Positions 57,325-64,000 of a stretch of 64,000 nucleotides of DNA are shown in pieces. Origin of the DNA: an uncultured Dehalococcoidales bacterium. Lineage in GTDB: Bacteria > Chloroflexota > Dehalococcoidia > GIF9 > AB-539-J10. The notes beneath the pieces are model-generated. The model did no database searches, had not been told where the DNA came from, and saw only the letters and a program-made list of their open reading frames with translations. Numbering within the stretch: position 1 is the first letter of the stretch; every line of letters starts with the position of its first letter. The stretch lies in NCBI GenBank assembly GCA_964654015.1, contig CAZZHQ010000002.1:21702-85701 (forward strand), in the 5' to 3' direction. The translations under genes and the position numbers were made by a program.

Positions 57325-58638
57325 TCATTTCTTTGGCAGTAACTTTTTGGAAGCAAAAATATAGATGGATACCAATATGTGGGTTCCCAGCCAAGCATAA
57401 CCAACGCCTTCGATACCAATATCAGGCATCGTCAGGTAACCTACAACGAGCACTATAAAGACTATACAAGCCCATAGTATTATCAATTCCTTTAACCTGT
57501 TTTTTACTCGAAGTATGGTGGTGTATAGACTGGTAAAGGCTACAGGGAGACTGGAGATACTGAGAATCCAGAGCAATTTTAACGCATTAAGAGAATAGCT
57601 TTGGCCAAAGGCGAGTAATAGCCACTTGCCAGCAAGGACAAGCACAATAATTGATGGAACAAGTAACAGAAAGATAAATTTAAGAGATTTTAGTACGTTT
57701 TCTCTGAGTCTGTCTTCAAAATGTGAGCCCTCGGCAAATAACGAATGAGAGACAGCATGTGGAATTGCAAAGAGTAAGCTGGAGAGCATCCATGCGACGT
57801 AAAAGAAAGCGTTTTGACTGGAATCTAATACGTTAACTACTAGTAACGGTAGAATTAAACCCAAAGATGATGACAGCAGGTTAGCTACATAGCTGATTGA
57901 GGAATACCGCCACAATTCCTTTATCATGCCTGTATTCAGAGCAGGTATTGGCTTATAGTTCGCCTGTACCCTTGGCAGAAGTAGAAAGAGAGAGAAAGCT
58001 AGTGCTACGATAGCGGCTATCCCCCAGGATGCCACTACACCAAAGGAAAGGAAAAAAGAAACAAGCAATACTGGTAATGGCAGTTTAACAATTGAAAAAA
58101 TAGCAGATTTAAATAAGACAAAATTGGCTTTCCTGCTGGCAACGAAAGTGTCATTTACCAGAGTGGATATTGTTCGTACCGATGTGAATATAATGAACGC
58201 CAGTGTGAAAACGATGTTTTCTTTTATAAAGACCAGGGCAGGGGACCAGAAGTCAATTCCCATAACGAAAATGGTGGCTATTATTACGCTTGCTAATCCA
58301 CTAAAGGTAAGACAGGAGTTGATTAGTTCACGTGGTTTTTCTGCTCTAGGCAAGAAACGAATAATCGAGCTATTTAGTCCAGCAAGGCTTATTACTACAA
58401 GCAGGCTGATGGCTGATATGATGGCCGAGCTATAGCCGACTTCGGCTTCAGAGTAGTAGCGGGCAACTATCATCCAGAAGAAAAACCCCAGCAATGAGGT
58501 TATTGCTGTATTCAGTATCAGGTAAACGGCGTTGCGATAGAGCGAAGTGGCGGCCAAATCTTTCAGTTTTTGCTTGGAAGAAATGGTAGCTGTCGCTCTC
58601 CTTATTGTATTAAAAGAAAGAGATAGGAATGATTTCAA
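57325..58638 (-). CDS. Oligosaccharide flippase (Wzx/MOP superfamily)
   Basis: 437 aa with about 12-14 TM segments, in a glycan locus. Confidence 0.7.
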   Translation of the reverse strand: MKSFLSLSFNTIRRATATISSKQKLKDLAATSLYRNAVYLILNTAITSLLGFFFWMIVARYYSEAEVGYSSAIISAISLLVVISLAGLNSSIIRFLPRAEKPRELINSCLTFSGLASVIIATIFVMGIDFWSPALVFIKENIVFTLAFIIFTSVRTISTLVNDTFVASRKANFVLFKSAIFSIVKLPLPVLLVSFFLSFGVVASWGIAAIVALAFSLFLLLPRVQANYKPIPALNTGMIKELWRYSSISYVANLLSSSLGLILPLLVVNVLDSSQNAFFYVAWMLSSLLFAIPHAVSHSLFAEGSHFEDRLRENVLKSLKFIFLLLVPSIIVLVLAGKWLLLAFGQSYSLNALKLLWILSISSLPVAFTSLYTTILRVKNRLKELIILWACIVFIVLVVGYLTMPDIGIEGVGYAWLGTHILVSIYIFASKKLLPKK

Positions 58639-58648
58639 TGTCGCTCCA

Positions 58649-59335
58649 CTATATAAGGTCCTGCTCGTTTCCTATATCAAACCATGGCTCAGTAAAGGTG
58701 TGTGCATAGACTGTGTCACTATCTATAAGACAGGCAATAAGGCTGCCCAGTTTGTCTCTTTTACCATGCCTGCAATATCCATGTATCAAGGGAAATACCC
58801 GTTGAGGAAAGATATAGCAGGCAGTGGCAACCATGCTTGACTCAAGATTGGCTGGCTTCTCCTGCAAGTCGATTATCCGGTGGCCGTCCAGTTTAACCAC
58901 CCCAAACTGCTTTGCCTTATCTTTATCACCCACGTCATACACTGCAACCAGGCTATGTTTACCGTCATATTCATCCAGGAATTTGACTATACCTTCCTTG
59001 AAGTAGTTATCTCCTGCAATGACAAGCAGGTCTTCGGCTATTGACCTGTGCCTGATCCAGTAATCAAGAGAACTGACCGCTCCCATTTTCTTTTTTTCGC
59101 TCAGTGCTTCCTCTGCCAGTATTTCCGTCTTTCTATCAATGTGTTTCTGCCAGCAATGAAAATCTGCCTCAAACCTTTTATTAATAGTCACCAGTATATC
59201 CATACGTGGAGGAATTTTGTTTACCAGGTGGCTAATTAGTGGCTTATCCTGGTATTCCAGCAATGCCTTGGCTCGACTTACAGTCAGAGGATATAACCTG
59301 GTAGCAAAACCGCCTGCCATAATAAGGCATTTCAT
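58649..59335 (-). CDS. Sugar-phosphate nucleotidyltransferase
   Basis: MKCLIMAGGFATRLYPLT is the N-terminal signature of NTP_transferase enzymes. Confidence 0.85.
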   Translation of the reverse strand: MKCLIMAGGFATRLYPLTVSRAKALLEYQDKPLISHLVNKIPPRMDILVTINKRFEADFHCWQKHIDRKTEILAEEALSEKKKMGAVSSLDYWIRHRSIAEDLLVIAGDNYFKEGIVKFLDEYDGKHSLVAVYDVGDKDKAKQFGVVKLDGHRIIDLQEKPANLESSMVATACYIFPQRVFPLIHGYCRHGKRDKLGSLIACLIDSDTVYAHTFTEPWFDIGNEQDLI

Positions 59336-59358
59336 TGTATAATTATCATCTCTATTTG

Positions 59359-61914
59359 CTATTCACTTCTTGTATATTCAAATATTTTTACTATGGGTTT
59401 TCCATTTTGATTCAGTTCCGATTCATATACCAGTTCATAGCGTTCCATTTTTTCCAGTGGCACCGGTGTAACAAATTGGTCAAAGTTTCCAAATACATAT
59501 TTCCCGTATTCATGCTCTGTTATATATTCCTCTGCCTCTTCATAGCTGGAGAACCCCCTTGAACTGGTAACTTCACGATAGGTAAACCCTTCCTGGCTTA
59601 CTCTATCCTCATAGGTAAGTAGCATAGCGGAATTATCAGGCACAGCGGCTTCACCATTGAAGTTATACAGCCTGACCACTGCAGACAGGTAGTAGCTGGG
59701 ATAATAGAAAGTTGTTCCTCTTAGCGTTCCATCTTCCATAGGTAAGTAGAAGATTTCATGGAAATCGTCAGGGTTCTTACCAGCCCATGTCGGTATTGCG
59801 TAAAATTTACCGGCTGTCATTCTATCATCAATGATTATGTATCTTGCATCCAGATTATCCAGCCTTTCGCTGGCCTCGTCTTCATGCTGTGAAATGAAGA
59901 ACGCTGCAACTGGACCCACACCAGACTGGAAGGGATTGGAAATGGCTATACGTTGAGCAATTCGGGTTATCCAGTGACCGTAATCCCACCATGACATAAC
60001 GCTATAAACAGTTTCAGGGTATTCATATTTTTCATGCCTCGCCGGTGTCTGATAGAGCTCATAATAAGAATCAGCACTGCCAAGAGGCTCAGGAGAGTTG
60101 TCCTTTAACCAGAGGAGAGAATCGTACCATGCCTGGTTCATCGTGTTGGGGGTACTGGCAAGCGATTGTGTTGTCTTTATCGGGAGGCCAAGGACGGTGC
60201 TCCCTACCTTGATGCCCGGAAGCCCTACACAGGGAAAAAATACCAGGAAAAAGACGCCAATTCCTGCCAACAGAACATCAAACCAGGCTCCCCTGGGGTG
60301 CAGGAATGAGCGTTTTATCCTTGTTACTCCACCTTTCCTCGCTTTTCTGGCTGTCCGAACAGTATATTCTTTTACTAATACAAGTTTCTCTAACCCTGTG
60401 GAAACAAGAAACTTCCAGCAGAGACAGCCCGTCAATAAAGCGGCATTAATGGCATAATAGTAGCTGAAACGGCGTTGCCCCAGCGTGGCAGCCAGCATGA
60501 TAATGCTCCAGACCAGGAACAACGTCCAGTCAGCCCTTTCCTTCTTTATCGATATGTAGATAATCCAGCCAAGTGAAATAAGAGCGATGTAAAAACTTGT
60601 GGTAAAGTTTAGCCAGGCATTCATACCTGAAAATCCCTGCAGTGAGAAGAAAAGGGGATTTGCCTCCAGGATAGTCATACTTCTGCCGGCCGGGGTGAAA
60701 ATACCGAAGCGGTCAACCATAGAGTTCAACAGGGAGGGGTCAATAATATTGAAGAAAACGAGACCAGCGCCTGCCAGTCCAAGCAGTAACAGGAGGAAAT
60801 AAACAGGCTTCATTCCTTTATTCTTCATAAAATAGGAAATTCCGCCCAATGCCAGCGGGGTTGCTATGGCTATTGCCAGAGAAGCATACTGCATGGATGA
60901 TATCCACGAGGAAGGCAAAGCAGGAAAATAGAGAATGGTTGCAGTGATAAATAGCAACGCGCCGGTAATGCACAGATATTCGGTCGAATTACCCCGTAGA
61001 TGCTCTATTATGAACTGGATTATTATCCAGGCAAACAGGATGAACAGGAACATCAGACCGCCCACCCAGCTAAGCAGGTAGATAGCCAGAAAAACTCCCG
61101 CCAGCAGGCTATATATAAGAGGTCTGGCAAGGACTTTCCAGTCCCTGTTTATTAAATGCTTGAAAGAGAGCTTTCTTTCCCTGGCTTTATTGATTGCCAG
61201 TATCAGGAACAATATGGTCGTGGTACTGAATAAGCTCTCTGCTACATGATGGTCGGTAAAGCCGAGCAGAGTGCGATTCAGGAATTCTCCGGGTAGCACT
61301 ACCACCAGCGCGGCGGCCAGGTATCCTACCCAGCGGCTAAAGAGTTCTCTGCCGATGAAATATACCGGGATTAGCGTCAGTGTGCCCATAACCGGTGGAA
61401 CATAAGCGGCAATGACATCCATAGTGTGCTGCGATGGATTGGCGCCTCCAAAAAACCGTATGCTACCAGCAATAATCAAGTCAAAGAGGGGAGGCCATCC
61501 CAGGTGGTCGCCATTTGGATAGAAAGTGTAAGGATCAAAGAAAATCCGATGTGGAAAATGCTGGAGCAGGTTATCAACCAGCCTCATATGATACCAGGAG
61601 TCTACTCCTTTGAACCATACCGCACCATCGACAAATATCTGGTCGTACTGTCCAGCAATTCGTATATATAATGAAATGCCACAAAGGATGAACAGTACTA
61701 TCCCTGTGGCAATCGCTGGACGGGGTATGCTTTGTAATCTTGATTTGTTGTTCATACTGAGAGAGATTTTAGCATATTGCCTAAAACCAAAGTAATAGTA
61801 CGAGAGTAGGATTCCAGACTTTCTAATAAAAAGCAGCCAGGCGCCGTTGAAAATTGCTGAAATTATTTGCTGGCTATTGTTGACTTTCTGTGATTGGAAT
61901 ATAATGCGTTTCAA
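59359..61914 (-). CDS. aglB: STT3/AglB-type oligosaccharyltransferase
   Basis: WWDYGHW (WWDYG motif), N-terminal loop GVDSWYHMRLVDN, about 13 TM segments and a C-terminal soluble domain. A more likely start is the ATG at 61755 (MNNKSRLQS...). Confidence 0.85.
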   Translation of the reverse strand: MKRIIFQSQKVNNSQQIISAIFNGAWLLFIRKSGILLSYYYFGFRQYAKISLSMNNKSRLQSIPRPAIATGIVLFILCGISLYIRIAGQYDQIFVDGAVWFKGVDSWYHMRLVDNLLQHFPHRIFFDPYTFYPNGDHLGWPPLFDLIIAGSIRFFGGANPSQHTMDVIAAYVPPVMGTLTLIPVYFIGRELFSRWVGYLAAALVVVLPGEFLNRTLLGFTDHHVAESLFSTTTILFLILAINKARERKLSFKHLINRDWKVLARPLIYSLLAGVFLAIYLLSWVGGLMFLFILFAWIIIQFIIEHLRGNSTEYLCITGALLFITATILYFPALPSSWISSMQYASLAIAIATPLALGGISYFMKNKGMKPVYFLLLLLGLAGAGLVFFNIIDPSLLNSMVDRFGIFTPAGRSMTILEANPLFFSLQGFSGMNAWLNFTTSFYIALISLGWIIYISIKKERADWTLFLVWSIIMLAATLGQRRFSYYYAINAALLTGCLCWKFLVSTGLEKLVLVKEYTVRTARKARKGGVTRIKRSFLHPRGAWFDVLLAGIGVFFLVFFPCVGLPGIKVGSTVLGLPIKTTQSLASTPNTMNQAWYDSLLWLKDNSPEPLGSADSYYELYQTPARHEKYEYPETVYSVMSWWDYGHWITRIAQRIAISNPFQSGVGPVAAFFISQHEDEASERLDNLDARYIIIDDRMTAGKFYAIPTWAGKNPDDFHEIFYLPMEDGTLRGTTFYYPSYYLSAVVRLYNFNGEAAVPDNSAMLLTYEDRVSQEGFTYREVTSSRGFSSYEEAEEYITEHEYGKYVFGNFDQFVTPVPLEKMERYELVYESELNQNGKPIVKIFEYTRSE

Positions 61915-61925
61915 GGAGGTGAGAC

Positions 61926-62303
61926 ATGGAATTTATGGATGTAATAATGCCCTGGCGGTGGTTTAACCTTGGCCTGCTCTTTTCCGGAATGTGGGCGGTG
62001 GTATCTATTGCGTGCTACGTCTGGGTTGCGCTCTGTCTCTATATCATCGCCAAGAAAACGAATACAGAGAACCCCTGGATGGCATGGATTCCAATCGCCA
62101 ATGTAATCCTGGCCTGCCAGATAGCTGGTAAGCCCTGGTGGTGGATCTTCCTTTTTCTCATTCCGATAGTGAACATAGTCTTGGGTATTATAGTGATGTG
62201 GAAAATATGTGAAGTACGCGGCAAACCGGGATGGCTGGGAATCCTGATGATTGTTCCCATAGCCAACTTAATAATTCCGGGAATCCTGGCTTTTACTGAT
62301 TAA
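61926..62303 (+). CDS. Small membrane protein (DUF5684-like)
   Basis: WMAWIPIANVILACQIAGKPWWW pattern. AAGGAGG lies upstream. Confidence 0.55.
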   Translation: MEFMDVIMPWRWFNLGLLFSGMWAVVSIACYVWVALCLYIIAKKTNTENPWMAWIPIANVILACQIAGKPWWWIFLFLIPIVNIVLGIIVMWKICEVRGKPGWLGILMIVPIANLIIPGILAFTD

Positions 62304-62436
62304 CAGTTGACAGCTGCTTTTGTCTAAGGTTGGTGATTATTCAGCAGTTTGTGCTGAGGGTCAGTGACGTATATGGTAGTACCCTTTTAAGGGTTTCTTG
62401 TACCGGTCGGTAATATCGACTTGTGAGGGGAGTACT

Positions 62437-63576
62437 ATGAAGATAACAGGTATAAAGACGTACATTCTCAATAAAACACTGGGGAAACAGCAGATGGCCA
62501 ACTCTCAAGGCTGGAATCGGTCGAGACAGGCGATGGTTGTTATCGTCTCTACCGATGAAGGCATCAGCGGAGTAGGAGAGTCATATGGGGCCGCCAGTAT
62601 ACTGGAACGCGTTATCAGTGACTATGCCGCACCACTTATTATTGGCAGGGACCCCTTTGATACCAACGCTATCTGGGCGGATGTATACGGAAAGTCTACC
62701 CTGAAACCACAGTGGGGAGTTTTTGTCCAGGCGTTGAGTAGCATAGATATAGCGCTATGGGATATAAAAGGGAAAGCTCTTGGCGTGCCTGTTTATAAAC
62801 TGCTCGGGGGTGCGTTGAGAAACAGGGCACATGCCTACGCTACCGGACTATATCGTCCGAAGGTTGAGGACCCGATGGCAGCTCTTGTCAGAGAAGCGCT
62901 TGGCTATAAACAGCAGGGTTTCTTTGCCATGAAACTGAAAATCGGGTATGTAACACCGGATGAGGATATTGCTATTATTGGCGCAATCAGGAAGGCTATT
63001 GGGGATGAGGTAAAATTGATGGTTGACGCGAACTGTGCCTATGATGCTGCCGAAGCTATTCAAATGGCAAGGCGCATGGAGCCGTATAATATACAATGGT
63101 TTGAGGAGCCGGTGCATCCACAGGATATTGAAGGAAGCCTTGAAGTGAAGCAAAATAGTATGGTGCCAATTGCGGGTGGAGAATGCCTGGGTACCCGATA
63201 TGATTTTTTACGTCTTATTAGCAGCAGGGCAGTGGACATAGTACAGCCTGATGCCTGCATTGTCGGAGGATTTACCGAGATGCAGAGGATAATAGCACTG
63301 GCTAATGCTCATCATCTGCAGTGTTTTCCGCATGTTTGGGGAACTAACGTAGCAATCGCTGCAGCGCTTCAGCTCTATGCAGCGCTGCCGAACGTGACCG
63401 GGAAATCTAATCCACCGGAGCCTTTTTTCGAATTTGACCGCTCTCCCAATCCACTGCGGGAGATGACAACAATAGAGCAGTTCGAGTTGAAGGACAGCTA
63501 TATAGATATCCCACAGGGGCCGGGCCTTGGTATCACCCCTAATATTGACTACCTGGAGGAAAACGCCGTGAAATAG
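62437..63576 (+). CDS. Enolase-superfamily enzyme (mandelate racemase / muconate lactonizing enzyme family)
   Basis: MKITGIKTYIL..., KLKIG, LMVDAN, FEEP and QPD motifs. The ATG at 62437 has GAGGGG upstream. Confidence 0.85.
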   Translation: MKITGIKTYILNKTLGKQQMANSQGWNRSRQAMVVIVSTDEGISGVGESYGAASILERVISDYAAPLIIGRDPFDTNAIWADVYGKSTLKPQWGVFVQALSSIDIALWDIKGKALGVPVYKLLGGALRNRAHAYATGLYRPKVEDPMAALVREALGYKQQGFFAMKLKIGYVTPDEDIAIIGAIRKAIGDEVKLMVDANCAYDAAEAIQMARRMEPYNIQWFEEPVHPQDIEGSLEVKQNSMVPIAGGECLGTRYDFLRLISSRAVDIVQPDACIVGGFTEMQRIIALANAHHLQCFPHVWGTNVAIAAALQLYAALPNVTGKSNPPEPFFEFDRSPNPLREMTTIEQFELKDSYIDIPQGPGLGITPNIDYLEENAVK

Positions 63577-63627
63577 CGTTTATCCTTGTTTGAGGCGAAT
63601 GTTATTAACATTATCAGAGGAGGAAAG

Positions 63628-64000
63628 ATGGTTCAGGACGGAATAACGATAGCAGCGAAACCATTAAGAGAGTTTACCAGGGACGTGTTTATGAAGGTTG
63701 GAATGCCTGAGAAGGATGCGGAGACCGAGGCAGAAGTACTGGTATGGGCGAATCTGCGTGGCGTTGACTCACATGGGGTATTGCGTATTCCCTGGTACGT
63801 GGACAATGTGGGCAAGGGTTATATGAACCCCAGACCAAACATAAAGATAGAAAAGGAGACAGCAGCAACCCTGCTGGTGGAGGCTGACCATGCCTTCGGA
63901 CCGGTGGCAACGGTATTCACCATGGACAAGGTGATTAAAAAGGCAAGGGAGGTGGGGATGGCGTGGGCGATAATCCGCAACGTAACCCACCAGGGAGCAA
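63628..64000 (+). CDS. Ldh_2-family (malate/L-lactate/L-sulfolactate type) dehydrogenase, N-terminal part, 3' end cut by the window edge
   Basis: GGAGGA lies upstream. ...EAEVLVWANLRGVDSHGVLRIPWYV... is the typical Ldh_2 N-terminal pattern. Confidence 0.75.
   Translation, partial: MVQDGITIAAKPLREFTRDVFMKVGMPEKDAETEAEVLVWANLRGVDSHGVLRIPWYVDNVGKGYMNPRPNIKIEKETAATLLVEADHAFGPVATVFTMDKVIKKAREVGMAWAIIRNVTHQGA

Noticed and set aside
1-64000. Ldh_2-family fragments at both window ends (C-terminal part at 1-284, N-terminal part at 63628-64000). These could be two halves of one gene on a circular molecule.
   Set aside because: Joined, they would give only about 220 aa, whereas Ldh_2 enzymes are about 340-360 aa. 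The fragments do not abut in the protein alignment. Two separate paralogs cut by the window edges is more likely.
1-64000. A search by eye for CRISPR arrays, rRNA genes, integrases, transposases or IS termini that could explain the islands.
   Set aside because: I saw no regularly spaced short direct repeats, no rRNA-like sequence, and no ORF with tyrosine/serine recombinase or DDE transposase hallmarks. The only candidate mobility footprints are the duplicated gene termini, the tRNA half-copy and the 24-nt inverted elements, all reported above.

Overview
This 64-kb chromosomal segment is rich in accessory DNA. I saw no rRNA genes, CRISPR arrays, integrases or transposases. Genes mostly carry GGAGG ribosome-binding sites.

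The domain of life is uncertain. The tRNA-Asp sequence type, a TrpB2 paralog, a DUF1616 protein and an STT3/AglB-type oligosaccharyltransferase (WWDYG motif) inside an agl-like glycosylation locus all point to an archaeon, possibly methanogen-like. One operon, however, has a perfect TTGACA-N17-TATATT motif, and there is an Lnt-like gene remnant. I leave the question open.

Layout:
- 0-7 kb: Ldh_2 fragment, tRNA-Asp, K+ uptake genes (trkH/trkA), corA, a TrpB2-like gene whose catalytic Lys is replaced by Glu, a decayed second copy of the tRNA-Asp 3' half, and a LarA-like gene.
- 7-11.6 kb: AT-rich accessory block of hypothetical and membrane proteins. A 24-nt element occurs four times in alternating orientation, flanking single ORFs.
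- 11.7-20 kb: a four-subunit flavoprotein/Fe-S amine dehydrogenase operon (sarcosine oxidase / proline dehydrogenase type), followed by sugar isomerase, Gfo/Idh/MocA, flavin reductase and DUF362 genes.
- 20.8-25.5 kb: a GC-richer, translationally coupled four-gene operon. It encodes an excisionase-type HTH, a BrxF-like P-loop protein frameshifted at an A7 run, a PHP-SMC-like ATPase and an AlbA_2/HATPase_c_4 protein. This is my top candidate for a composite defence system.
- 25.7-28 kb: a compact pyruvate phosphate dikinase.
- 28.2-37 kb: an 8-kb island bracketed by a duplicated 5' end of a DUF1616 gene. It carries a six-ORF operon in the order res, TcmP, DUF5131, mod, then a 256-aa ORF. The mod gene is split at a C7 run.
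- 36.7-61.9 kb: a mosaic glycan-biosynthesis locus. It is punctuated by three hicAB toxin-antitoxin modules, each followed by an orphan diverged copy of the 3' end of the gene it sits behind.
- 62-64 kb: a small membrane protein, an enolase-superfamily enzyme and a second Ldh_2 gene.

Three frame disruptions sit in or next to homopolymer runs. Assembly indel error is therefore a live alternative to biology for each of them.
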